Of a stretch of DNA of 64,000 bases, positions 18,901 through 28,822 are shown in pieces; the first letter of the stretch is position 1; each line of letters begins with the position of its first letter. The DNA lies in assembly GCA_039802605.1 (NCBI GenBank), contig JBDRWW010000005.1, positions 47,462-111,461 of the forward strand, in the 5' to 3' direction. The translations under genes were made by a program, and so were the position numbers. The DNA comes from a candidate division WOR-3 bacterium (GTDB taxonomy: Bacteria; Hydrothermota; Hydrothermia; LBFQ01). The notes under the pieces were generated by a model, which made no database searches, was not told the origin of the DNA, and saw only the letters and a program-made list of their open reading frames with translations.

Positions 18901-20637
18901 CTATCCATTTAGAAACTCCTTTAAGGTTTTTGCCACCTTTTTGTTAAAACCGGGGAGCGACGCTATCTCTTCAACACTTGCCTCCTTTATCCCCTTAATG
19001 CTCCCGAAATAAGCGAGGAGAACCTTCTTCCTCTTCTCACCTATCCCAGGTATTAAATCAAGAACGGATTTATTTGCGTTTTTACTCCTCAATGTTCTAT
19101 GATAACTCAAAGCAAACCTGTGTGCCTCATCCCTAACGCTTTGCAGGAGCTTCAAAGCGGGTTCGCTTAAAGGAATCTGAACTATTCTGTTGCCGGGTAA
19201 TATTACCGTTTCAAACCGTTTTGCAAGGGCCACCGTGGGAATTTCAAGGTTGAGCTCTTCTAAGGCTTTCAAGGCCGAATTCAACTGACCTATCCCCCCA
19301 TCTATAAGGATTAAATCCGGTAGCTCTTTACCTTCTTCCAAAACCCTTTTATACCTCCTATAAACCACCTCATAAATGGCCTTGTAATCGTCAATGCCTT
19401 TAACCGTTTTTATTTTAAACCTCCTATAACCGGATTTAAAAGGTTTCCCATCTTTAAAAACCACAAGGGATGCAACCTTATGGGTTCCAAAGGTGTGGGA
19501 AACATCAAACCCTTCAATTATTCTCGGCAGTTTCGGGAGTTTTAATAATTTTTTCAAAGATTCCAATGATGGGTGAATTCTTTGCGATTTTTGGATATAA
19601 CCTTCAACCTCCAACCTCGCGTACATTTCTGCCGCCCTAACCGTCTCCAAAACCCCTTCATAAGGCAATTTTATGGGTATCCCGTTTATCTCGTTTAGTT
19701 CCAATTCAAAAGGTACTATTATTTCATCCACCTTTCTTGGATTGTTGGCATAGTACATTATAAGAAACTCCTCCAATGTTCCCCTTTCCCCTTCTATTGA
19801 TGTGGTCGTTAAAAATTTATAACTCCCATTTATAATACCGCCTTCAAGGGTGTATAAGACCACACACGAAGTATTACCTAGGGTATATATAGCCCAAACA
19901 TCCTTTTCACCCGTATTCCTTGACATAAACTCGTTTAAACTCCTAAGCCTATCCCTCCAAATCGCCGCGGCCTCAAAGTTGAGTTTGTTCGCCTCGTTTA
20001 TCATCCTTTCGTAAATATACCTTGCGACATCACCAATATCACCGCTTAAAAACCTCTTAAACCTCTCAACATATTCCGAATATTCTCCTTTAACATCAAA
20101 CCTACAAGGTGCTATACACCTGCCTATGTGATACTCTATACAGGGGTTGTATTTTTTACTTGAAGGGAGCTTTAAAGAGCAATTCCTTAAAGGAAATAGC
20201 TTTCTTGCAAACTTCAAGAAGAACCTAACCTGTGATCTGTTCAGGTAAGGGCCGAAGTTCTCGCCATCCTCCAATGGCCTTCTCGTTAGAACCACACGGG
20301 GAATTTCCTCACCGGTAAGGTGTATATAGTAAAAAGGTGTCTCGCTTTTGAGTTTTATGTTATACTTTGGCTGATGCTTTTTTATAAGGCTGGCCTCCAA
20401 AAAAACCGCATTCCTTTCCCCATCCGTTATTATGAATTCCAAGTCATCCGCTTCCGAAACCATCTTTTGCACCCTCTCATCCGTAGGGGATAGGTAGTAT
20501 TTAAGCCTATTCCTAAGATTCTTGGCCTTACCGATATATATTGGATTGCCGTTATTTTTAAAAACATAAACACCGCTCCTTTCCGGAGCGTTTAATATCT
20601 TTTCGGTTATGCTATCTTTGGGTTGAAAGCGATACAT
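18901..20637 (-). CDS. uvrC: Excinuclease ABC subunit C
   Basis: GIY-YIG (GVY..YIGKAKNLR), Cys cluster, RIIEGFDVSH, DGGIGQL, RDEAHRFA, HhH. Confidence 0.96.
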   Translation of the reverse strand: MYRFQPKDSITEKILNAPERSGVYVFKNNGNPIYIGKAKNLRNRLKYYLSPTDERVQKMVSEADDLEFIITDGERNAVFLEASLIKKHQPKYNIKLKSETPFYYIHLTGEEIPRVVLTRRPLEDGENFGPYLNRSQVRFFLKFARKLFPLRNCSLKLPSSKKYNPCIEYHIGRCIAPCRFDVKGEYSEYVERFKRFLSGDIGDVARYIYERMINEANKLNFEAAAIWRDRLRSLNEFMSRNTGEKDVWAIYTLGNTSCVVLYTLEGGIINGSYKFLTTTSIEGERGTLEEFLIMYYANNPRKVDEIIVPFELELNEINGIPIKLPYEGVLETVRAAEMYARLEVEGYIQKSQRIHPSLESLKKLLKLPKLPRIIEGFDVSHTFGTHKVASLVVFKDGKPFKSGYRRFKIKTVKGIDDYKAIYEVVYRRYKRVLEEGKELPDLILIDGGIGQLNSALKALEELNLEIPTVALAKRFETVILPGNRIVQIPLSEPALKLLQSVRDEAHRFALSYHRTLRSKNANKSVLDLIPGIGEKRKKVLLAYFGSIKGIKEASVEEIASLPGFNKKVAKTLKEFLNG

Positions 20638-21049
20638 AAATCATGGGTGCTGGTAAAACGGAGAATTTGCCCTCCTGGGCGAGTAGATATATGGGCAGAT
20701 TTATACCCCCTTTTAAAAACTTCAACCTATATCCACCCCTTAAAAATATCGCCGTATAACTCTGATCGTATATGTTTAACCTCGGTATCCCCGCAGTTGT
20801 ACCGGAAAACCCAAAAGCCAATTCCCATTTGCCGATGTTCCCACCAAAACCCAAGGAAGAGTTGAGGAGGACAATGTTTTCTTCTCCAATACTATACCTT
20901 ATACCACCGACTTCAAAAATCCCAAAGGTTGCTTCTCCAAAGGGGGCATTAACGCCGAAGGCGGGATAACCGAAAAAAATGGGTAATTCTTTATTTACCA
21001 AGCCCGGAAATGTGGCAAAGAGATTAATATTAAAAGCCAAACTTAGCAT
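20612..21049 (-). CDS. Hypothetical beta-strand-rich (outer-membrane-like) protein
   Basis: Alternating Gly/aromatic strands; start reassigned to ATG 21049 (MLSLAFNINLF) to limit overlap with the upstream gene. Confidence 0.6.
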   Translation of the reverse strand: MLSLAFNINLFATFPGLVNKELPIFFGYPAFGVNAPFGEATFGIFEVGGIRYSIGEENIVLLNSSLGFGGNIGKWELAFGFSGTTAGIPRLNIYDQSYTAIFLRGGYRLKFLKGGINLPIYLLAQEGKFSVLPAPMIYVSLSTQR

Positions 21050-22094
21050 ATTCAAACTCCATTCCCAAGTAAAAAGACCTATGCGAGTTGTTGTAAGCAA
21101 ATGTAAAGCTCCTGCGGAATAGGTTAAGGGATATTCCCCCAAATAAGGCTTTATCCACCGGATACAGGTATCCTATAAATACCTCGGGTCTAAACCTCTT
21201 TGCGAATCTATACCTAATAACGGGCTCAAAACCCAATAATTGCCCTCCCCCGCTTAGAAACCACCTAAAACCTATACCCATCTCCCCACCTTCAAAAAAT
21301 CCCGTATATCCCAACCTGTTTTCAAATATCAGGCCATTTTTCAAGTTTTCCGAGTTAAAGACATAACCCAAAAAAGAATAAAAGTCCAAATTATACCTAC
21401 CCCTGACAAAAACCTTACCCACTTCACCCTCCACCCTCACGGGGATTATGGTGGTTGATAGGAAGGATATCTGCCTAAACCTTATGTTGTATCCGTTAAA
21501 GGTTTTGTAAAACCCCGACCAAAGGGGAACACCGGAATTGTTATAAACAAATCCCGAAAAGTACCCGTATCCATCACCCCTTGAAACAAACTCCAAACCT
21601 CCACTTGAAAGGTATATCCACTCTTCATAAAAGTCCAAAACCATAGTGTCATAAGGATACCTACCTATGTACGCGCTCCTACGGAAAGTTGTAAAGAAAC
21701 CGCTAATTGTGAATTCCTTCAAAAGCGAAGAATAGGATGAAAAGGAGATCTTCCCAAAGGATACATCATAATCACCAACCTTGTCCGTGTAACTTCCCCA
21801 AAAACTTCCTTCAAATTGAAGGTAAGATTTTCCAATTTTGCCTCCCACACTCATAAATACCGGTTTTGCATAAAATGGCCTTGTAAGATAAGCGCTATCG
21901 CTTAAATATTCGGAATTCTGTGAGGATACCGAATAGGGGTATGTATATGCAAAAACATATTCCCTTAGAATTGATGATGAACCCAAGGAACTGTGATAGT
22001 TGGCTATGTCTTCAAGCGTTTTATAAGAATTTGGCAAAGAAAAGGTTAAACCTCCGGATAAAATTGCGTGTAATAAGGGCAGAGTATCTATCAA
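21030..22094 (-). CDS. Hypothetical outer-membrane beta-barrel-like protein
   Basis: 354 aa rich in Y/F/G amphipathic strands, C-terminal Phe. Confidence 0.65.
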   Translation of the reverse strand: MIDTLPLLHAILSGGLTFSLPNSYKTLEDIANYHSSLGSSSILREYVFAYTYPYSVSSQNSEYLSDSAYLTRPFYAKPVFMSVGGKIGKSYLQFEGSFWGSYTDKVGDYDVSFGKISFSSYSSLLKEFTISGFFTTFRRSAYIGRYPYDTMVLDFYEEWIYLSSGGLEFVSRGDGYGYFSGFVYNNSGVPLWSGFYKTFNGYNIRFRQISFLSTTIIPVRVEGEVGKVFVRGRYNLDFYSFLGYVFNSENLKNGLIFENRLGYTGFFEGGEMGIGFRWFLSGGGQLLGFEPVIRYRFAKRFRPEVFIGYLYPVDKALFGGISLNLFRRSFTFAYNNSHRSFYLGMEFEYAKFGF

Positions 22095-22095
22095 G

Positions 22096-22170
<75 letters not shown>

Positions 22171-22225
22171 TAGAAGTGGATATTTTATACCCGAACGATT
22201 GGTTTGTGTGAAAATAAAACGGAGG

Positions 22226-22231
22226 TATAAT
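22226..22231 (+). promoter_or_regulatory. -10 box of probable leaderless secD promoter
   Basis: TATAAT 9 nt before ATG 22241. Confidence 0.65.
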
Positions 22232-22240
22232 TCCCGCTCT

Positions 22241-23806
22241 ATGTCAAGCAAAAACCTTATAAGGTTGATTATTATCCTCTTGGTATTTGTTGGGGGCTTA
22301 TGGTTGTTGTATCCCACTTATAGGGTTTTAACCATGTCCCAAGAGGAAAAGGAAAAGATGAACCCCTACGAATTCCAAAAGTTGATGAAGAATTCCCTAA
22401 ACCTCGGTTTGGATATACAAGGGGGTATGTATATAGTCCTTTCCATTGACAAATCCAAGCTAAAACCCGAACAGGCGGTGGATGCCGCGGATAGGGTTGT
22501 TGAGGTTATAAGGAACAGGGTTGACCAGTTGGGGGTATTTGAGCCGGTTATCCAAAAGGTCGGTGATGATAGGATAATAGTGCAATTGCCGGGTGTTGTT
22601 AGTAAGGAGAGGGCGAGGATGATTATAGGAAAAACCGCCCTTTTGGAGTTTAAGCTTCTGGCGGATGAAAGGTTATTTGTTGATTTTATTAGGGATGTTG
22701 ATAGGACTTTGAAAGGGGAAAAAACAGATGGCATTTTTAACAGAGAAGATACGACAAAATTGAGCGGGCCGTTTTCAAAACTGCTGGTAGGATTGGAAGG
22801 AGATGTAGCGGTTGCGGAAGAAAATTGGGCCAAAGTGGATAGCATTTTGAATTTACCCGAGGTAAAGAAACTTGTACCCCCCGGTTATGAAATCCTTTGG
22901 GGGGCAACAAAGGAGATTAACGGAAAGAAGTTTAGACATCTCTTTATGGTAAAGGCCGAAACTCCCCTTACGGGTGCCTATTTGGTGGATGCAAATGCCA
23001 CAATTGGACAGCAACAGGCGGCGGGGCAGCCCGTGGTTCAACTGAGATTTGATAGGACGGGAGCCGCCATATTCGCGAGGATAACCGGTGAAAATGTTGG
23101 CAAAAGACTTGCAATAGTTTTGGACGGTATAGTGCAATCAGCCCCAAGAATTCAAGAAAAAATTCCCACGGGTAATGCCCAGATAACGGGTATTCCGACG
23201 CTTCAAGAGGCCAGGGATTTGGCGGCCATTTTAAGGGGCGGCGCATTGCCCGTACCCGTTAAAATAGAGGAGGAAAGGGTAGTTGGACCCACCTTAGGAA
23301 AAGATTCAATAGAAAGGGGTATGAGGGCACTGGCATTGGCTTTTATAGCCGTAGTGCTGTTTATGATACTATATTACAGGTTTGGCGGAATTATAGCAAA
23401 CCTCGCCCTTTTGGCAAACTTGGTCCTTATTTTGGACTTTATGGCCATGCTAAACGCAACGCTGACTATGCCCGGAATGGCGGGGCTTATTCTAACGGTT
23501 GGTATGGCGGTTGATTCAAATGTCCTCATATTTGAGAGAATAAGGGAGGAACTGAGAAAGGGGAATCCTTTTAGAACCGCCCTTGAAAGCGGTTATTCAA
23601 ACGCAACCCGTACCATCTTGGACGCAAATATAACAACGCTTTTAACATCCTTGGTCCTGATGTTCTTGGGTACGGGTCCAATTCGGGGTTTTGCCGTAGT
23701 TTTGAGCATAGGTATCGTAATAAACCTATTCACGGCTATTGTAATGACGCGTTGGATATTTGAGATTTTGTTGGAAGAGTTAAAGTGGAAAGAAGTGGCG
23801 GTATAA
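22241..23806 (+). CDS. secD: Protein translocase subunit SecD
   Basis: LGLDIQGG, IRNRVDQLGV.EP, LAIVLDG, VGPTLG, GMAVDSNVLIFERIREE. Confidence 0.96.
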   Translation: MSSKNLIRLIIILLVFVGGLWLLYPTYRVLTMSQEEKEKMNPYEFQKLMKNSLNLGLDIQGGMYIVLSIDKSKLKPEQAVDAADRVVEVIRNRVDQLGVFEPVIQKVGDDRIIVQLPGVVSKERARMIIGKTALLEFKLLADERLFVDFIRDVDRTLKGEKTDGIFNREDTTKLSGPFSKLLVGLEGDVAVAEENWAKVDSILNLPEVKKLVPPGYEILWGATKEINGKKFRHLFMVKAETPLTGAYLVDANATIGQQQAAGQPVVQLRFDRTGAAIFARITGENVGKRLAIVLDGIVQSAPRIQEKIPTGNAQITGIPTLQEARDLAAILRGGALPVPVKIEEERVVGPTLGKDSIERGMRALALAFIAVVLFMILYYRFGGIIANLALLANLVLILDFMAMLNATLTMPGMAGLILTVGMAVDSNVLIFERIREELRKGNPFRTALESGYSNATRTILDANITTLLTSLVLMFLGTGPIRGFAVVLSIGIVINLFTAIVMTRWIFEILLEELKWKEVAV

Positions 23807-23816
23807 GGAGGGAAAA

Positions 23817-24728
23817 ATGTTTAAGTTCCTTTACAATTTAAACTTTGATTTTATGGGCAATCGAAGGATAGCATATTTGATTTCCGGAACCCTTGTAGCG
23901 CTTGGATTGGTGGGGATACTTTTGAGGCTTACACCTCTGGCGGGATTGGTGGGCTTGAAACAAACATGGTCAATAGATTTCACGGGCGGTAGGTTGGTAC
24001 AGGTATATGTTGAGGCTCCAATTGAAAGGGTTAGGGGTGCAATTCTCGGTGCCGGGATAAATGCGGAAATCCAAAACATAGGAGAGGCCAACAAATTCCT
24101 GATAAAATATTCCGGGAATGTTGAAGCGGATAGTGTTGTTAAAATATTGGAGAACAAACTCGGCAAAAAGGTTAGGCTTGATAGGTCGGATATAGTGGGT
24201 CCCCGTATAGGATCCGAATTGAGGGAAAGGGCTATACTCCTCAGCATTTTGGGTTTAATATTGATACTCATATACATATGGTTTAGGTTTGACTTGGTTT
24301 TCGGTTTGGCGGCCACCTTAGCATTGTTCCACGATGCGATAATCTCTTGGGGTATATACTCCCTGCTCGGTTTTGAAACGGACATGACCGTAATAGCGGC
24401 GGTTCTAACCCTTATAGGTTATTCAATAAACGACTCCATAGTTATAGCGGATAGGGTGAGGGAATACTTGGGAAGGTTTAAGCTGATGGAGTTTTCGGCA
24501 GAGGAACTCATAAAAATCTTTAACAGTGCTATAAATTCCACGCTTTCAAGAACCGTTATAACCGCATTTACCGCACTAATAGTTGTGTTGGCCATTCTGT
24601 TCTTTGGGGGACCCGTTCTATTCAATTTTGCCTTTGTTATGACCGTAGGGATAATTGTGGGTACATATTCATCAATATTTATTGTTGCGGCTTTGGTATT
24701 GGATTGGAGGCTTAGAAGGGAGAAATAA
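23817..24728 (+). CDS. secF: Protein translocase subunit SecF
   Basis: IDFTGG, VGPRIG.EL, HDA, GYSINDSIVI.DRVRE, GTYSSIF; AGGAGG SD. Confidence 0.96.
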   Translation: MFKFLYNLNFDFMGNRRIAYLISGTLVALGLVGILLRLTPLAGLVGLKQTWSIDFTGGRLVQVYVEAPIERVRGAILGAGINAEIQNIGEANKFLIKYSGNVEADSVVKILENKLGKKVRLDRSDIVGPRIGSELRERAILLSILGLILILIYIWFRFDLVFGLAATLALFHDAIISWGIYSLLGFETDMTVIAAVLTLIGYSINDSIVIADRVREYLGRFKLMEFSAEELIKIFNSAINSTLSRTVITAFTALIVVLAILFFGGPVLFNFAFVMTVGIIVGTYSSIFIVAALVLDWRLRREK

Positions 24729-24740
24729 AATCCCCAAACT

Positions 24741-26813
24741 TCAGCCAACGGTTATGGCATCTTTGAAGTTTTGAAGGGTTTCCCTCAATATTTTGTTCTT
24801 TTCCGATAATAGGTCGGGGTCTTTGGTTAAAATATATTCCGCATCTTTTTTTGCAATTTCAACGATTTTTAAAAACCTCTCATCGGATGAGATTTCTGTG
24901 AGGTTTATACCCTTTAACGACCACTCCCCATGCTGCTTTGTACCTATTATTTCCCCCGGACCCCTTATCTTCATATCCTCCTCGGCCAAAACAAAGCCAT
25001 CGGTAATACTTTCAATTGCCTTTATCCTAAGATACGCCTCATAACCCAATTTTTCCGGAACCACCATTATGAAAAACGCGGGCTCTTCGTTTCTCAAAAT
25101 CCTACCCCTTAACTGGTGCAACTGCGCTATTCCAAACCTGTGGGCATCCTCAACAACCATGAACTTTGCCTTTGGAACATCAACCCCCACCTCAACTATG
25201 GTCGTTGAAACCAATATATGTATTTCACCACTCCTAAACCTTTCCATAACCCCGTTCCTCTCATCGAGTTTCATTTTCCCGTGTATTAAACCCACATTTA
25301 TTTCCGGTGGCGCTATGGATATCAGGTTTTCGTATAACTTTTGAACGGATATCAATTGCATCTTTTCACTCTCATCTATCAAGGGTGCTATTACATATGC
25401 CTGCCTTTTCGTCTCTATAATCTTTCTAAAAAGCCATTTGTATAGGTTTAACCTCTGACCTTTCCTTACAACCCGGTTATATACGACGGTTTCAAATGGC
25501 CTTTTGGTTATCCTTGAAACCTTTAAATCACCGTATACGGTTAGGGCCAATGTCCTCGGTATGGGGGTTGCGGTTGAAACTAGAAAGTGGGGATAATAAT
25601 CCTTTGCCTTCTCAACTAGCCTTGCCCTTTGCGCCACACCAAACCTGTGTTGCTCATCAACTATGGCCAAAGCCAGGTTTTTAAAAACCGTCTCATCCGT
25701 TATCAGGGCGTGGGTTCCAATGACCAATTGTGCCCTACCACTTCTAACCTCCTCCCTTACCAACCTTTTAACCCTACCCTTTTGGGAGCTCGTAAGTAAG
25801 ACCACATTTATCCCCAAAGGTTTCAAATATCCGTATGCAACGGAAAATATTTGTTCTGCGAGTATTTCCGTAGGGGCCATTAAGGCCGCCTGATAACCGT
25901 TTTCTATTGCTATAAGGGCACTCCAAAGGAGTACAACCGTCTTACCCGAACCGACATCACCCTGCAAAAGCCTGTGCATGGCCTCGTCTTTGGACATATC
26001 CTCCTCTATCTCCCCCATAACCCTCATTTGTTCTTCGGTAAGTTTAAATGGAAGGCTTTTTACAAATTCATCCGTATATTTCCCAGTTCTATTTAAGGGT
26101 ATAGCCCTCCTCTTTCCAAAAGATGCGGATATGTTTAAGGATAGATAAAACTTTAAAAACTGCTCGTAAATTACCCTCTTTTTACCCTGTAAAATCTCCT
26201 CTTCGCTGTTGGGAAAGTGCAAGTGGTATAGGGCATCCTTTAAGGATACCAAATTCCTACTTTTAACAATGTATTCCGGTAGGGTTTCCGGTATTTCAAC
26301 TTCCTTCAAAGCGATTTCCACAAGCTTATGAATAGTTTTTGATTTTAATCCCTCCGTTTGGGGATATACCGGTGTTATCCCCACAAGCTCGTCTTCGGTT
26401 GCTATCTCGGGATGAAAAATCCTAAAACTTCCAAAACTCCTACCGGAATAAGCCCTACCCGCCGCAAGGATTATATCCCCTATCTCGTATTTTCCGAGGA
26501 TGAATTCCATACCCCTCCATATGAGTTCAACTATTCCCGAACCGTCGGATATAACTATGACGGCTTCCGATATGTTGTTTTCCCTATGCCTTTTAAACTT
26601 CTTTATAACCCTACCCCTAACCACGACATCCTCACCGGCTTTTATATACGCTATTCTCTTTATCTCGTTCCTTATTATATACCTTCGGGGTAAGAAAAAT
26701 AACAAATCTTCAACGGTTTTTATTCCAAGTTTCATTAACTTTTTAGCCCTACTTTCTCCAACCCCTTTTAAAAACCTAACCTCTGAATTCAGCTTCACTT
26801 GTGTATATCGCAA
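24741..26813 (-). CDS. recG: ATP-dependent DNA helicase RecG
   Basis: LQGDVGSGKT, APTEILAEQ, DEQHRFGV.QR, TATPIPRTL, QLHQLRGR. Confidence 0.96.
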   Translation of the reverse strand: MRYTQVKLNSEVRFLKGVGESRAKKLMKLGIKTVEDLLFFLPRRYIIRNEIKRIAYIKAGEDVVVRGRVIKKFKRHRENNISEAVIVISDGSGIVELIWRGMEFILGKYEIGDIILAAGRAYSGRSFGSFRIFHPEIATEDELVGITPVYPQTEGLKSKTIHKLVEIALKEVEIPETLPEYIVKSRNLVSLKDALYHLHFPNSEEEILQGKKRVIYEQFLKFYLSLNISASFGKRRAIPLNRTGKYTDEFVKSLPFKLTEEQMRVMGEIEEDMSKDEAMHRLLQGDVGSGKTVVLLWSALIAIENGYQAALMAPTEILAEQIFSVAYGYLKPLGINVVLLTSSQKGRVKRLVREEVRSGRAQLVIGTHALITDETVFKNLALAIVDEQHRFGVAQRARLVEKAKDYYPHFLVSTATPIPRTLALTVYGDLKVSRITKRPFETVVYNRVVRKGQRLNLYKWLFRKIIETKRQAYVIAPLIDESEKMQLISVQKLYENLISIAPPEINVGLIHGKMKLDERNGVMERFRSGEIHILVSTTIVEVGVDVPKAKFMVVEDAHRFGIAQLHQLRGRILRNEEPAFFIMVVPEKLGYEAYLRIKAIESITDGFVLAEEDMKIRGPGEIIGTKQHGEWSLKGINLTEISSDERFLKIVEIAKKDAEYILTKDPDLLSEKNKILRETLQNFKDAITVG

Positions 26814-28822
26814 CTGTCTTGGGGTTCCCTACCGGCCCAAAACATCTCCAAAGTCTTCTTTGGACAACTTTCCCTTGCGAGTTTAAGGGATTCCGAACAT
26901 ACATTTACAAACCTGAAAGGACCGGAAAAGTCAAAGCTTTTGGGTTTCAAACCCCTATGAACCTGCGCCATAAACTTTGCCCAAATTGGTACCGCCAATT
27001 CCGAACCCGTAGCCCCATAAAATATAACCCTTAAACTGTCATATCCCACCCATACCCCAGTAACCATATATGGAGAAAAACCCACAAACCATGTATCCTT
27101 GTAATCATCCGTGGTTCCCGTTTTACCAGCAGCCGGCATTTTCGCATTATCCCACCCGTAATACCTGCTGTTATATGCCGTTCCGCAACACACCACAAAT
27201 GTTAAAGCATAAGTCGCCATTTTTGCAACATTGGGGTCTAAAACCTGCACGAGGGTGGGGTGGTTTTCCTCCAAAACATTCCCATAAGCATCTTCAATAC
27301 GGGTTATGAAGTACGGGTTAAACCTCTTCCCCTTATCCATTAAAGTCCCAAATGCCCTTGTCAAATCCCAAAGGGTTACCTCTATACCCCCCAGTGCCAT
27401 AGATGGATAGGGTTTTATTTGTGTCGTTATTCCCATTTTTCTCGCAATATCGGATATGTAATATGGCCCTATGTCAAGCGTTAATTTAACCGCCGGGATA
27501 TTTTTTGATAAGGCCAAGGCCCTCCTTAAATTTATCAAACCATCGTATTTTCCATCGTAGTTTTTTGGGGACCATATCCTACCCAACTCATCGACCATTT
27601 CAACCTCTTCATCCCTTATGGTATCGCCTGGGGAGTATCCCTTTGAAAAGGCCGCGGTATATACAAAAACTTTAAAAGCCGAACCCGGTTGCCTCTTAGC
27701 CTGCCTAACCCTGTCAAATTGGGAATGTTGGAAATCCCTCCCCCCAACATATGCCAAAATTCCTCCCAAGGTATCGTAAGCTATTAAGGCCGCTTGAAGG
27801 TATTTAGGCTCCCCACCCTTGTAATCTATATACTTCGGTTTTAGGAATTTCCACTTTTTTTCGTAGTTATCCAAAGTGCTCTTTACTACATCGTTTGCTA
27901 TCCTCTGCATGTCCAAATCCAAAGTTGTGTATATTTTTCCGCCACCTCTGTATAAAAAGTCCTCGCCGTATTTTTCAATTACATACTGCCTTACCAACTC
28001 CGCAAAATAAGGGGCATCCCCTCCGAATGTGGTTTTCGGGCGTGGCTGTAATTTTGGTTGTACGTTTATCAAACTGTCGTACTGCTTTTTGTTTATTACC
28101 CCGTTTTTAAGCATTGCGTGTAAAACAACCTTTCTACGGGCGTTTGCCCTTTCGGGATATTTATAAGGGGAGTATGCATTTGGGCTTTTAGGCAATCCGG
28201 CGAGTAATGCCGCCTCGTTTATATCTATGTCCTTTGCATCCTTACCGAAAAAGAACTTTGCGGCGGATTGAACTCCATAAACCCCTTCCCCAAAGTATAT
28301 TTGGTTTAGATACCTTTCAAGGATTTCATCCTTTGTAAATGTGGATTCAAGTTTCAAGGCTAATGCCAACTCCAAGATTTTCCTGTTAATAGTCCTTTCG
28401 TGTCCGAGAAACATATTTCTTGCCAACTGTTGGGTTATGGTTGATCCCCCCTGCCTTATCCGTAAGGAAAACAAGTTTATAATCAATGCCGTAAATGTCC
28501 TTCTAAGATCAAAACCCCAATGGTTATAAAATTTCCTATCTTCAAGGGATATAAAGGCATTTTTTAGTCCGTCGGATATTTTGTCAAGGGTTACATACTC
28601 CCTCCTCTCCTCATAAAACTGGTATATAACCTTTCCATGCCTATCGTAAAGGGTTGTGGCTTGGGGGGGTTTAAAGGCCTCCAACCTCTCAACATCCGGC
28701 AGATGTGGCGAAGCCCATATAACTATTAATCCGAGGAGGAAAAAACCCAAGCAATAAAGTATAAAAACGACCACACCTGTTAATAAGAAATTCCTGAGTT
28801 CCTTTTTAAGAAAGTTCTCCAT
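26795..28822 (-). CDS. Class A penicillin-binding protein (PBP1A family)
   Basis: EDRKFYNHWG, GGSTITQQL, RKILE transglycosylase motifs; SAFK, SKN, KTG transpeptidase motifs. Confidence 0.95.
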   Translation of the reverse strand: MENFLKKELRNFLLTGVVVFILYCLGFFLLGLIVIWASPHLPDVERLEAFKPPQATTLYDRHGKVIYQFYEERREYVTLDKISDGLKNAFISLEDRKFYNHWGFDLRRTFTALIINLFSLRIRQGGSTITQQLARNMFLGHERTINRKILELALALKLESTFTKDEILERYLNQIYFGEGVYGVQSAAKFFFGKDAKDIDINEAALLAGLPKSPNAYSPYKYPERANARRKVVLHAMLKNGVINKKQYDSLINVQPKLQPRPKTTFGGDAPYFAELVRQYVIEKYGEDFLYRGGGKIYTTLDLDMQRIANDVVKSTLDNYEKKWKFLKPKYIDYKGGEPKYLQAALIAYDTLGGILAYVGGRDFQHSQFDRVRQAKRQPGSAFKVFVYTAAFSKGYSPGDTIRDEEVEMVDELGRIWSPKNYDGKYDGLINLRRALALSKNIPAVKLTLDIGPYYISDIARKMGITTQIKPYPSMALGGIEVTLWDLTRAFGTLMDKGKRFNPYFITRIEDAYGNVLEENHPTLVQVLDPNVAKMATYALTFVVCCGTAYNSRYYGWDNAKMPAAGKTGTTDDYKDTWFVGFSPYMVTGVWVGYDSLRVIFYGATGSELAVPIWAKFMAQVHRGLKPKSFDFSGPFRFVNVCSESLKLARESCPKKTLEMFWAGREPQDSCDIHK